In this document: in pieces, positions 26,826-40,084 of the stretch
Layout: every line of letters begins with the position of its first letter
Numbering within the stretch: position 1 is the first letter of the stretch
Source: Macrostomum lignano
Lineage: Eukaryota
DNA: 64,000 bases
Direction: 5' to 3'
Assembly (NCBI GenBank): GCA_002269645.1
Contig: NIVC01001686.1
Coordinates: 147,660 to 211,659, forward strand
Notes under the pieces: model-generated
The model's input: only the letters and a program-made list of their open reading frames with translations
What the model was told of the DNA's origin: nothing
The model's database searches: none
Made by a program: the position numbers and the translations under genes

Positions 26826-29259
26826 CATGCGCAACTGCTGGCCGACCTGGCCAATCCGGCCACCGTAAATCGTGGCTGACCAGGGGTAAGTCGCAAAATT
26901 GAGTCAACCAAAAACAAAAAAACACAAGAACCAAGAAAGGCAAGAGGAAAGCAAAAGAAAGAGCAGTTCAGGGAAAATGGTGAAGCAAAAGAAAAACAAT
27001 TCGCAAAAGAAGCAAACTAAGTCGCAAAAAGGATCAGGTAAGTCACAAAAGGGTTAGGTAAGTCGCAAAAAGGATTAGGTAAGTGGCAAAAAGGATTAGG
27101 TAAGTCGCAAAAAGGATCAGGTAAGTTGCAAAAAGGATTAGGTAAGTGGCAAAAAGGATCAGGTAAGTTGCAAAAAGAATCAGGTAAGTCGCTAAAAGGA
27201 TTAGGTAAGTGGCAAAAAGGATCAGGTAAGTTGCAAAAAGAATCAGGTAAGTCGCAAAAGGATCAGCTAAGTCGCAAAAGGATTAGGTAAGTCGCAAAAG
27301 GATTAGGTAAGTCGCAAAAAGGATTAGGTAAGTCGCAAAAAGGATTAGGTAAGTTGCAAAAAGAATCAGGTAAGTCGCAAAAGGATCAGCTAAGTCGCCA
27401 AAAGAATCAGGTAAGTCGCAAAAGGATCAGCTAAGTCGCAAAAAGGTTTAGGTAAGTCGCAAAAAGGATTAGGTAAGTCGCAAAAAGAATCAGGTAAGTC
27501 GCAAAAGGATCAGCTAAGTCACAAAAGGATTAGGTAAGTCGCAAAAAGGATTAGGTAAGTTGCAAAAAGGATTAGGTAAGTTGCAAAAAGGATTAGGTAA
27601 GTCGCAAAAGGATCAGCTAAGTCGCAAAAGGATTAGGTAAGTCGCAAAAGGGTTAGGTAAGTCGCAAAAAGGATTAAGTAAGTCGCAAAAAGGATTAAGT
27701 AAGTCGCAAAAAGGATTAAGTAAGTCGCAAAAAGAAGCAACTAAGTCGCAATAAGAGGGAAGTAAGTCACAATCAGAGGCAATCAGGGGGTAGTAGGTGC
27801 AAGTGTGGCAGGAGAGCAAAAACAGAATAGAAGCCTTCAACCACAGACAAGATCTTTGAAATCAGAAGCCTGCGTCAACAGTTTCCCATTGATTTCTTAA
27901 ACTCTGGAGCAGGGGTTGGCAAACTCCGGCTCGCGAAGCCCCTCTATCTGGCCCTCGCCCCTCGGGTTCTTTGAAACTTCCTAACTAGCAAGGTTGGTGT
28001 CTCTTCAACTCTCATCTCTCTCTTCTTCTCTACCTTGCCTCCCCTCTTCTCTCTCTCCTCCCTTTTCCCTCTTCTCTCTCCTCTCATTTTTACTCTCCTC
28101 TCTTCTCCCCCTTTCTCTCTACCCTTTCTCCTCAATGCCCTCTTCTCTCCTCTTATCTTCAGCAAAAATATGTGCATATTTTCTTACTTCAAAGTAGAGG
28201 GAATAGAAGATTAGAGATAAGCAAACAGAGGAGAGGCGAGCGATGCGATGGGAGAAAAGATAGAAGAGGAGAGAAAAGCTGAGGGAGGAAAAAGAGATGA
28301 GAGAGAAGAGGAGATTAGAGGAAAGAGGAAAGAAAAGATGATGGATGAGATCAGAAGAGAGGAAAGAGGAAAGAGGAGAGAGTAGATGAGAGAAGAGAGG
28401 ATAAAGAGGAGATGAGAGGAGAGTGAAGAGAGGAGAGATGAGAGAGTAGATAAGAGAGGAGAGATAAGATGAGAGAGTAGAGTGGAGAGAGACGAGAGGG
28501 AAGATAAGATGAGAGAGTAGAGTGGAATGGAGAGAGACGAGAGGAGAGATAAGAATGTAGAGAGGAGACAGAAGAGATAGGAGAGGAGAGGAAAGAGAGG
28601 AGAGAGGAGAGGAAAGAGAGAAGGGATAAGGGATGATAGAGAAAAGAAAAAGAGGATGAGAAGATTGAGGAATGGAGAGAATTTGCAAAGGCCTCAAATC
28701 TTAGTTTAACATGCATTACTCCCATCTTTGCCTTTTTCCTAACTGTTAACAAGTTTTTGTTTGAGCATGACTTCAAATTTAGAATCTATGCAAAAATAGT
28801 TCCGGGAATTAGAATTCAGTGGTTTAAAAATCTGTGGGTTTTCACAGCTTGTATCTCTACTGGATTCGTATTCTGCATCTGATGAGCCATCTGAATCAGG
28901 GCTCTTATCTTCCATGCCAAATCGTCTAGCAAATCGTTCTTGAGCTATAGGTCACACTGTATTCACTTCACTTACTTCTGGACATTCATGAATCATGACT
29001 TTTGTAGTATGCTCACTACACTGTACTGACAATTTACTAATTGCTTCATGCCACCACTAGATGACACTGATTAGCTATTATAAAAACGCGGAATCTGCAC
29101 GCAGCACTAATTAGCTGGCGAGGCATTTAGCTTTAAAAATATGGTCATAGTTACTCCTGCCGTTTACCTAAAGTTTTTGCTTGGCTTTTTCATAGGTAAG
29201 TCGCATTTTTTATCGAAAACTAAGTCGCACGGCCAGTGTAATTTCAGAAGTTGCGCATG
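26826..29259. mobile_element. TA-flanked non-autonomous TIR element containing a TAAGTCGC satellite
   Basis: TA|CATGCGCAACT...AGTTGCGCATG|TA; internal ~22-bp aaaaggattaggtaagtcgc array (~27010-27760); TAAGTCGC motifs also near the right end. Confidence 0.65.
27990..28680. repeat. Low-complexity pyrimidine-rich then purine-rich tracts
   Basis: CT-rich at 27990-28160, GA-rich at 28200-28680. Confidence 0.8.
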
Positions 29260-29814
29260 TATGAATACAATATAGTATAGAATATATATTCATTATAAAG
29301 CTAAGGAGTTTTATGGCCCTTTGCATGATGGGCTTATAATTTAAAGGATTGATTGAATTTTATTATTGTTTGCCAACTATACTCTGGATCATATAATATA
29401 TGCGCAAAAATTTAGGCATGCATTGGCCTTGTATGCCAAAAGTTGGCATGTGTAGTTAGCATGCAAGACTCCTAAGAAAATAGTATGCATACACATCTAG
29501 TGTGCATTTTATAGAATCATATAGAAGAGTTAGTGTTAAATAGAAAAAATCGTTTCAAAAAGTTCATTTTAAACATAAATTTCAAGCTTTCTAGTTTTTA
29601 AGCTTGTAACAGTATTTAAACAAATGTTTGTACATATTTTATTTTCTACTAAACATAGTATAGACAAGAAAGATAATAAAGTGACCAAATGATTTGCCAA
29701 AATGATTCTTTATACAATATAAAAAGGTCATTTATTGTCATAATGCAAAAAGATCATTTATTATCATAACATTGGCATCATACATGCCCAACACCTGTCC
29801 AAACCAAATGGGTG

Positions 29815-30090
29815 AAGTGGCCACTGGCCAAGGTAAGTCGCGAAATTGAAAATGCAAAAAACAAAAAAATAAGAGAAGAAAGAAAGGAGAGGAAGAGAAA
29901 AGGAAAAGAAAGGAAAGAGAAAGAAGAAAAGAAAAAAAGAAAAATGCAAGAAAAGTTATATACAAAGTGAGAATTAAGTTGCAATTAGGAAAACTAGATT
30001 GCAATCGAGGGAACTAAGTTGCAATTGGGAGAAACTAAGTCACAATTGGGAGGAACTAAATCGCAAATCTAGACAAAACTAAGTTGTACC
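29815..30090. mobile_element. Diverged partial copy of the left part of the 26826-29259 element
   Basis: ggccaaggtaagtcgcgaaattgaaaatgcaaaaaac matches gaccaggggtaagtcgcaaaattgagtcaaccaaaaac, followed by taagttgc/taagtcac units. Confidence 0.5.
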
Positions 30091-31440
30091 GAATGGATAA
30101 AATTTTGAAATTGGGCATATATGACTAGTATATATTTGAGTGTAGGTGTGCATTAAATTTTTTTGGCATGCATTTGTAACTATTTTAATTTTTGTTTGAA
30201 CATATACCAAGCATGATTCAAACTATGGTTTGCCAACTAGTCTGATTGATAATTGATAAAAAGAAGGAAAGGGTTAAAAGGGGGATATATAATATATATG
30301 ATGTGATATATGATATATGAAGTAAATAAAAAAACCCTTTTTCATCAACCTGTAAAATGCTTTGATCTTATAATATTTTACAATTTAGAAAGGATAGCAT
30401 AGTTGCAAAACTTGCTAATGGGGGCAGTAGTTAATGGGCCTAATTATAACTCATTCATTATTTCTAAATAAATAAATTCTAAATGATATATAAAATATTT
30501 GAAAAACAATTTTTAGAATGCTTTTAATGCTTGATTTTGAATTTGAATGGCCACCATAGGGGGCTTTTGTATGCCTCTATGAAAGTTCCAATGATAAAAA
30601 ATTCCATTTTGGAAGTGGGTCAAATATTGAAAAAACATTGTTTTTTAATGCGTTCAATGTTTTCACACTTGAACTTTGAAGTTTGGACTCTGAGTCTGAA
30701 TGCCTACTATGGAGGCTTGTTAGTGTGTTTCTATAATTTTAAATAATAAAGTTTGATTTTGAAGTAGGCCAAATATTAAAAAACATTTTTAAATGCTCTT
30801 AATGTTTGAATTTTGAACTCAAATGCCCCCATGGAGGACTTAATATGCTAGAATATAAAGCTAGCTTGAAATTCAATATGCCTTTTTTATTAACCCTCTA
30901 AACTACTCTGATCTTGTTTGTATTATTTTACAACATGAGAGATTGGTGCAGTTGCAGATAGAGGCAATAGCTAATGGGCCCAATTAATTAATAAGACATA
31001 ACATTTATACCAATTGGAAATAGGTCAAATATATGCTTTCAATGTTTTTAATTTAGATTTTTAATGCCTTTGATTTTGATCTTGAATGAATAAGATAGAG
31101 ATGTTGGTATGTGCATTTGATTTTTTAAACTTTTTACTGATGTTGGCTGGCATTCTGGTTTATAGTTTGGCATCTATAGGGCACCCAGTTTTATACAGAA
31201 TATACAGGTATAGATATGGTTACAGAAATGCATATTTCCCATATCCAATATAGCTAGAGATATAGATATGGGAAAATTTGGTTATATCTAAACTCTGTAA
31301 AAACAATCCACTTCAGAGTCCAGCAAGCATAACAATTGCCTTCAGCTCGCTTGCTTTCAACAGTATCAGAGGCTCTGCTTTTTATCCAATATAATTAGTA
31401 GAAGTGTTGCTCAACAAGAGGCTAAGCTTGTCTTTAATAG

Positions 31441-33141
31441 ATGCTGCCACTGCCCAACAGTGGTAGCAGCGGTGGAGACTGCGGCACCTCTAAAATAGTG
31501 GACGACAAAGTCAGCTGTCAGCTGCGCCTGCTGCCTTCTCAGCCAGTGACGGCGGCAGAGCAGCATTCGCCAATCAAATCTGAGGCCCTGGCCGCACCAC
31601 CTTCAGCTATTCAGTCAGCTCCGTCCTATGCCACCTGCAAGGTGTGCGGAGACAAAGCCAGCGGCTATCACTACGGCGTTGTGTCTTGCGAAGGCTGCAA
31701 AGGATTCTTTCGCAGGAGTATACAGAAACAGATTCAGTATAGGTGTCTGCGAGATGGAGCTTGCCAGGTTAGTTGTTTTAGAGAACTGGGGACACAGATA
31801 CTAGAATAACTAGATGAGGCAGTCATCACATTTGGGTGCAAGCTACTTTCAGTTAAGTAGTAAGTTAAACAGAAGCATTTTAATGTATTTTTAAAGCCAA
31901 GGCTCATTTACTGGCTCTTACTCTCACAACTTAAACCCTCCAACCGCGCCTTTCCACACTACCCCCACCTCTCCACCCGCCCCAATTTTTATTGCCTTTC
32001 TCGGAATTCCAGCCTAAAGCAGCCATGTACATTTCAGTGGACTGGCCAATGTACATTGTGGCTGAACCAATTAGCAAGTTGTTTACGCCTGCAAGCTTTT
32101 GGGCTTCTAAACTTATCAAATTGATTTCAGCTGCCTTTATTTTTATAAAATAGCTTATGTATTCTTCTGTTTCACTGTTTTAGCTGTTTCACTAAGTATA
32201 TATGCCTGAGTGGGCCCATCTAGTTATTTTAGAATCTGAGCTAAATCTAACCAACGATCCAATGTTATGTAGCTTTCTAAGGATCTCCACCGTTCAATGG
32301 TTTTATTAAATCTTGATGATCTCGCTTACACAGGATGTCTCTCTCGTACACTCTCTGTGCCTTTGGGGTTGGCCTACGTGGTTGTGAAACGCAGGAAAAT
32401 CGCAGTGGAGGGGGGGGACCAATTTTTTCTTCCACACCAATATGCCCAATATGAATATGTCTGAGTACAGAATCCAATAACTAATTCGAACCTAGGATGT
32501 GGCGTTAGTGTCAGACCTCTACACTACATAAAGCATATCTAATATCGTGTTTATAATGCCTAACTATCTATAAGGTGGCCCGGATAAATCGCAACCGGTG
32601 TCAGCACTGCCGATTTCGAAAATGCCTCGCCGCCGGCATGTCGAAGGACTCCGTACGCTACGGTCGGGCTTCGTCCAGCACCGCCGTCACTGCCGCTGCC
32701 GCCGCCGCCGCTGCTGCTGCAGTTGCTGTTGCAGTTCCTGTTGCATCGTCTGCTTCTACGCCGACTGCCGTAGCCTCAATCGGAGCCAGTGCCGTGGCTG
32801 CTCCCGCTGCTACGGCGTCGTCTTCAGCGACTTCGCCGTCTCCGACGACGCCGAGCGGCGGTTCAGCATCGGCGTCGACTTCGTCAGCTATGGAGAAGCT
32901 CGACTGCAGCTTCTGGGGCGACGGCCAGATGCAGCAGCAACTGGACCAGCTGGCTGCGACTGTTCATCAAGCATTCGGCTCCGCTAGCGGCTACAGCCAC
33001 TGCCGCGCTGGGGGCCTGATGGTGGGCCAGGCCCGCCACGCCACTCTGGTGAGCCTTTGTCTGTCTGTCTGTCTGCCTGTCTGCCTGTCTGTGTGTCTGT
33101 CTGTCTGTCTGCCTGTCTGTATGTCTGTCTGTCTGTCTGCC

Positions 33142-33178
<37 letters not shown>

Positions 33179-35995
33179 TCCTGTCTGTCTGTCTGTCTGT
33201 CTGCCTGCCTGTCTGTCTGTCTGCCTGTCTGTCTGTCTGTCTGTCTGTCTGTCTGCCTGCCTGCCTGTCTGTCTGTCTGTCTGTCCGTCTCTCTGTCTGT
33301 CCGTCTGCATGTCTATCAGTCTATCTATCTGATTATGCACTGTGCTAAAATTGTCGATCCTTTCTATTTCATATTTTTTGTTGAAACGAAATTGTGGTGG
33401 ATTTCAAACACTGAATAATTTTGTCAGCACCAGCTGGTACTTGTTTCGAAAATCGGCAGTTCGGTTCTCCTCAATAGTTCGGTAGCAAAATAAGCTTCAG
33501 TCAGCGATTCGCGGTACTCGGCTGGCGGCTGGCCACTTTGAAGATCAAAGAGAGTGAGAGAGGAAGAGAGAGAGAGAGAGATAGGGGTCAATGCAATAAA
33601 AGTTATGTTTGGTAGGCTTGTAGGTGGGGTTTGAATTAGATTATGCACCTACCCAGTGCGCTCTTGGCAATTGGCCAGCAGTATTATTAGAAAGTGGCTA
33701 GCAACAAGTTTTAGCCTAGCTGCGGTGCATTCGAAAGAGGCCTTTATTGCGGGGATGGGGCGCCAGAGGCTGGAGCTGTGATTTATAACCCGTGTATCTA
33801 TTGGTATCCTGTCCCTTACTGCCGTCACTTGTGTTAGCTTATCTCTACCAACCTAGCGTTTTCTGTTTCTGATATATTGCTGTTGTCTCGTAATGCAGCA
33901 AAAGTTGGTTTTTAATTACACAACAGTTAATGTGGCTACTAAGTTGTAATTTATTCCCATGCTAAAATAATAGTTATTAGTAGTGGTAGTACTTATCTTA
34001 AAGTGTATAACGCAACATATCGGCAATAAAAGTCATAGCTACTAGTGGTTGTCATCTGCAAAGTGTATTACGCGGCTTTACGCCACATATCGGAATTAAA
34101 ATTCATAGTTACTAGTGGTGGTTATCTGGAAAGTGTTTTACGCAACATGTCGGTGCTAATGTCATACCTATTAGTAGTGATATACCTACAAATTATAGAA
34201 CGCTACATATCGTCAGTAACGTAAGTCAATCCTGAGCTGCACTATTCCGCCATTCATGATTATTACGCCTATTATTTCCATTCGCTCACCCAGGTGCCGG
34301 AGGGCCGCGGCCTGAGACCGGACGCCCTAGACGAGCACCGGTTGTGCATGCACCAATCGCTGGCTCACCTGTTGCTGCCCTGCATCGAGCAGACTGTCGA
34401 TTTTGCCAAACGCGTGCCCGGCTTTGCCAAATTCACCCAAGACGATCAGCTGACGCTCATCAAGTCGGCATTTTTTGAACTATGGCTGCTACAGGTGTCG
34501 CCGCATCAGATTGCGGCCGTGGATCAGGGCCACCTGCAGGGCATAGTCAGCAAGATTCTGTTTCCAAGCGGGCAGCTTGTCAATCAACAGGAGTTGGATT
34601 TTGTCTGGTCGCCGCCGCTTGTTGCTAAAATTGCTGAATTGATGCAAATTTTGAGCAGTCTGCAACTAACCGAGTGTCAACTGGCCCTGCTCTGCTCTGT
34701 TGTGCTCACTAGGCCTGGTGAGTCCGCTTCTTCTTTTATCTTTAATAGCTCAACAAGTTTTGCCATGCAGTTGGTCTAACTAAAACCCGACCTCATCAAG
34801 CTCACCCATCCCACCTCCGGTTCACCCACCCCACCTCCGGTCCACCCACCACACCTCCGGTTCACCCACCCCACCTCCGGTCCACCCATCACACCGGTTC
34901 ACCCACCCCACCTCCGGTCCACCACCCCACCTCCGGTTCACCCACCCCACCTCCAGTTCACCCATCACACCGGTTCACCCACCCCACCTCCGGTCCACCC
35001 ATCACACCGGTTCACCCACCCCACCTCCGGTCCACCCATCACACCGGTTCACCCACCCCACCTCCGGTCCACCCATCACACCGGTTCACCCACTCCACCT
35101 CCGGTCCACCACCCCACCTCCGGTTCACCCACCCCACCTCCGGTCCACCCATCACACCGGTTCACCCACCCCACCTCCGGTCCACCCATCACACCGGTTC
35201 ACCCACCCCACCTCCGGTCCACCACCCCACCTCCGGTTCACCCACCCCACCTCCAGTTCACCCATCACACCGGTTCACCCACCCCACCTCCGGTCCACCC
35301 ATCACACCGGTTCACCCACCCCACCTCCGGTCCACCCATCACACCGGTTCACCCACCCCACCTCCGGTCCACCCATCACACCGGTTCACCCACCCCACCT
35401 CCGGTCCACCCATCACACCTCCGGTTCACCCACCCCGCCTCCAGCTCACCCACCTCGTCTCCAGCTCACCCACCCCGCCTCCAGCTCACCCACCTCGTCT
35501 CCAGCTTACCCACCCCACCTCCAGTTCACCAACCCCACCTCCGGTTCACCCCCCCCACCAGTTCACCCAGCCCACCTCCAGCTCACCCACCCCGCCTCCA
35601 GCTCACCCACCTCGTCTCCAGCTTACCCACCCCGCCTCCAGCTCACTCACCCCACCTCCAGCTCACCCATCCCACCTCCAGCTCACCCACCCCACCCCGC
35701 AGACCGAGCCGGCCTGTCCAACCCAGACGACGTGTCAGCCAATCACAGCCGCCTTCTAGCGGCGCTGCACCAGCAGCTGGACATTTCGAAAGCCTCAACA
35801 CCAGCCGAATCATCGTTGAAGCAGCAACAGCAGCTGACTGCGGGCCTGCAGACGGCTATCCGACAGGCCAGCAGCATAGGCCTATCAATGCAGCACTGCA
35901 TGCAGTGGTACAGGGACAACTGGCATCGAACTTATCTGCCTCCTTTGTACGCTGAAATTTTTGATATCCGAAAAAATTCCGAGCACACCACGTGA
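31441..35995 (+). CDS. Eip78C: Nuclear receptor, E78/NR1E-type (DBD + LBD), ~505 aa from 4 exons: 31441-31767, 32575-33048, 34294-34717, 35703-35995
   Basis: The spliced [47 protein letters not shown]|[31 protein letters not shown] closely matches insect E78. The LBD signature is [21 protein letters not shown], followed by RP|DRAGL across the phase-1 intron and an AF-2 of [11 protein letters not shown]. All introns are GT-AG with consistent phases (0,0,1). An AG directly before the ATG suggests an upstream exon or trans-splicing. Confidence 0.93.
31793..32240. mobile_element. MITE with CACAG termini (copy 1, in E78 intron 1)
   Basis: CACAGATACTAGAATAACTAGATG...CATCTAGTTATTTTAGAATCTGAG; near-identical to 38030-38486; no TSD visible. 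Confidence 0.8.
33058..33325. repeat. (CTGT)n microsatellite at the start of E78 intron 2
   Basis: Direct reading. Confidence 0.95.
34795..35700. repeat. C-rich CACCCACCCCACCTCCGGT minisatellite filling E78 intron 3
   Basis: Tandem ~20-bp ccacctccggttcaccca units running up to the acceptor AG at 35701-35702. Confidence 0.95.
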
Positions 35996-36689
35996 CGACG
36001 GACTTGTTCGCATTGTTCATTATGAAATCTGTAAACATTATCAGGGATTTTTTGATGCGCAAGGCAGCAAAGCATTATCATTTCCCTATATTAGTGTACT
36101 ATACATACTACTGTCTTAGTTTCAATTTTGTTAGTAGTACAAGTTGAATAAAGATAATATGAAGACGGATTTATTGGCGATTACAGGCTCTATATTATAT
36201 GTGTATTTCTAAATCATTTATTTATACAATAAAAAAGCACACATTATTGTGGCTTTAATTTTTTTTAAATTATTATCGATTCATTGTGTACACATTATTG
36301 TGGATTGTTAATTCGACACTTATATAGCTTTTATCCTCATTATTGTTTTTTTTTTCAAAAGTTCGCTTACTGCTACACACACAGCATCGTGGATTATTTG
36401 AAAGATAAAGAGAGAGCTAAACAAATTCGAATGGTACTGTCTACTAGTAGTAGTACGTTACGCGTCTTTTTGCAATTTTCCAGAAAACGCTGAAAATTTT
36501 CTACTTATTTTATTGGCTTCCGTGTTGCTTGATATCTTAATAAGCACTTAATTTCATTTTGCCTTGCCATTGTTCACATTCGCATGCCTGTCTGCTTACA
36601 ATTACCTCTTATTGCAACTCGCATTAAACATACCTTATATCTTTGTCCTGTCCCTAAAACTCCCGCAATACACCTTTCTCGTTCTTCTC

Positions 36690-37340
36690 CTTCCCATATC
36701 CCCTTGTTTTTCCCATATCCCCTTTTGTTCCCATATCCTTTTGTCCATATCCCTTTTCTCCCCATATCCCTTTTCTCCCCATATCCCTTTTCTCCCCATA
36801 TCCCTTTTCTCCCCATATCCCTTTTCTCCCCATATCCTTTTGTCCATATCCCTTTTCTCCCCATATCCCTTTTCTCCCCATATCCCTTTTCTCCCCATAT
36901 CCCTTTTTTCCCCATATCCCTTTTCTCCCCATATCCCTTTTCTCCCCATATCCCTTTTCTCCCCATATCCTTTTGTCCATATCCCTTTTCTCCCCATATC
37001 CCTTTTCTCCCCATATCCCTTTTCTCCCCATATCCTTTTTTCCATATCCCTTTTCTCCCCATATCCCTTTTCTCCCCATATCCCTTTTCTCCCCATATCC
37101 TTTTTTCCATATCCCTTTTCTCCCCATATCCATTTTCTCCCCATATCCCTTTTCTCCCCATATCCTCTTTTGTTCCCCATATTTCTTTCTCCCCATATCC
37201 CTTTTCTCCCCATATCCCTTTTCTCCCCATATCCTCTTTTGTTCCCCATATTTCTTTCTCCCCATATCCCTTTTCTCCCCATATCCCTTTTCTCCCCATA
37301 TCCCTTTTCTCCCCATATCCCTTTTCTCCCCATATCCCCT
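36690..37340. repeat. 17-bp tandem repeat
   Basis: Unit atatcccttttctcccc; the long ORFs here are artefacts. Confidence 0.95.
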
Positions 37341-38029
37341 TTCTGTATCTTGCATTCTCTTCAACTCACTTCTCATTTAATCTTCCCATTTCCCAATCCG
37401 TCTCTGCTCGCTACCTCTGCGCGTTGGACAAAACTCTCAGGGGTGCTCGTGTTATTATCTAATTTATCCTCATTTGGATTTGATCGCACGTGTTTTTTGG
37501 GAATAATTATCCCCATAAATCTATTGTTAGTGCTTGTAACTGTCTGCGCCGCACTCTCTCTACACGGATTTAGCTTTAATATCTATGAATGCAAAGCAGG
37601 AAAACACGAATTTTTTCCCTCATCGATTTTTTCAATCATTAATCTTTTTTGCGCGCTTGTCTGTGTTTTTAAAATTTATGAAGCCGCAACAAGTTTTTTT
37701 ATATAACAAATTCGGCACCTCAAGCAAACGTTTTGATCAGGTAAAACAAATTTTTTCCTAGTTCTTTTTTCAAGACTTTTACAAACTGACATTAGTGACA
37801 ATATATATATATATTGTGTGTACAGTGTCGCAATAACTTAATTAACAGTTTTTTTGTCATTAAACAGTTTGTTTTAATAAAATTAAATTGTTATTTCTCT
37901 TATTTTTTTTCAACGGGGTAACCTTCCACTGCGCTACCTCAAAGCTTATTAATAAATTAGTAACGTTTAGTATGCAGGCTTATGCATTACTCAGGTACGG
38001 CATTAGTGCTTGTTTAAGCATGGATCGAC

Positions 38030-38486
38030 CACAGATACTAGAATAACCAGATAGGCCACTCAGCACATTTGCGTGTAAGCTACTTTCAGTTCAGTAGTCA
38101 GTTAAACAGAAGCATTTTAATGTATTTTTAAAGCCAAGGCTCATTTATTGGCTCTTAACCCCCCCCCCCGATAGCCTTAACCCTCCAACCGCGCCTTTCC
38201 ACACTACCCCCCCCCCCAATTTTTATTGCCTTTCTCGGAATTCCAGCCTAAAGCTGCCATGTACATTTCAGTGGACTGGCCAATGTACATTATTGCTGAA
38301 CCAATTAGCAAGTTGTTTACGCCTGCAAGCTTGGGCTTCTAAACTTATCAAAGTAATTTCAGCTGCCTTTATTTTTATAAAATAGCTATAGTATTCTTCT
38401 TTGCTACTGAACTGAAAGTAGGTAGAAAGCTGTTTTACTGAGTATATATGCCTGAGTGGGCCCATCTAGTTATTTTAGAATCTGTG
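38030..38486. mobile_element. MITE with CACAG termini (copy 2), 8-bp TSD
   Basis: CACAGATAC...GAATCTGTG; flanks GGATCGAC/GGATAGAC (7/8). Confidence 0.8.
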
Positions 38487-38959
38487 GGATAGACAGACAG
38501 ACAGCAATATGCCACAACAGCTATTATACTTATCAATATTTATAGCAATTTCATTCATGAAATTAATTTTGTCTAAAATTCTGATAAAATTGCGTTTTGT
38601 TAATTTTGTTTTGATTTAACGAGTGCCTCTGCACTAGTCTGTATTTATTGATTTATTAATATTTTATTGATACTAATTTACTACTGTTGCTCACTACTGC
38701 CGCTAAGGTCTATTATTAATATTGATTTGTATTATACCTTCTGTATAATCTGTACACAATTTATTTTTGCTCACTTGGCTGTCAAAATTGATTTTCTTGT
38801 ATTTTGCCTTTTTAAAGCTTTGTTAGTGCAACAATATTCTCATTTATCAGTAAGATTCATGACTAATCATAGTTTGATCTTATGACTCATGATGAGGCTC
38901 ATGATCGGTCATAAACAATAGCTTTTTGGTCATTTGGAGTTCGTGATAGGTCTTAGATA

Positions 38960-39510
38960 ATCTTATCGGTCATAGTCGAGTTCTCTATAGGTCATAGTTG
39001 ATCTTATTGGTCATAGTCGAGTTCTCTATAGGTCATAGTTGATCTTATCGGTCAAAGTCGAGTTCTCTATAGGTCATAGTTGATCTTATTGGTCAAAGTC
39101 GAGTTCTCTATAGGTCATAGTTGATCTTATTGGTCATTGTCGAGTTCTCTATAGGTCATAGTTGATCTTATTGGTCATAGTCGAGTTCTCTATAGGTCAT
39201 AGTTGATCTTATTGGTCATAGTCGAGTTCTCTATAGGTCATAGTTGATCTTATCGGTCATAGTCGAGTTCTCTATAGGTCATAGTTGATCTTATTGGTCA
39301 TAGTCGAGTTCTCTATAGGTCATAGTTGATCTTATTATTGGTCATAGTTGATCTTATTGGTCATAGTCGAGTTCTCTATAGGTCATAGTTGATCTTATTA
39401 TTGGTCATAGTTGATCTTATCGGTCATAGTCGAGTTCTCTATAGGTCATAGTTGATCTTATTGGTCATTGTCGAGTTCTCTGTAAGTCATAGTTGATCTT
39501 ATCGGTCATA
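38960..39510. repeat. 41-bp tandem repeat
   Basis: Unit ggtcatagtcgagttctctataggtcatagttgatcttat(t/c), itself made of two ggtcatagt halves. Confidence 0.95.
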
Positions 39511-40084
39511 ATAAGATTTTAAATTTATCATTAGGTAGCTAATCTTATTGCTCCTACCAAGGGTCATGAGTCCAATCGATAATCCAATAAGTAATCTTAA
39601 TCCAATCTATCAGTCTGTGCATTGTTGATCCACTGAAGGCTTTTAAGTAATTGAATTTCTACACTTCTAATACTGACTACTCTAAGCAATAAATTGTGCG
39701 CCTCTTTATTCATTATATAATATAACTCTATTATTGGCTGCCATTATAATAATGAAAAATTTGATTTTCACCTGTTTCTGATTTTGCTTGCTCACTGGAG
39801 TCAGTAAGTGCTTTTTTCTTAGTTCCAATGTAAATCCATCTTACTTGATTGACAGCTTGCGTATGATGCTACTTTGTCAGTTTAACAAAAACAATAAACT
39901 CAAATATATCGCCGTACAGCTTGTTTGTCTCCTTAATTGGCGTATTAAGCATGTGTGCGTTTCTGGTGACATTCTTGATCTTCTTCTCGTGTGCTAAATT
40001 AAAAACTTTAACAACTCAGTGTTCTCAGTTTGTTTTCTGTTATTTTACAGAGGGCTGTTGGGAGAAAGCGGAGCAGGGAGATCC

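Noticed and set aside
27910-27970. CAGGGGTTGGCAAAC hAT-like end
   Set aside because: No partner TIR or TSD found.
36564-37706. 380-aa ORF downstream of E78
   Set aside because: Mostly the 17-bp repeat, open in multiple frames.
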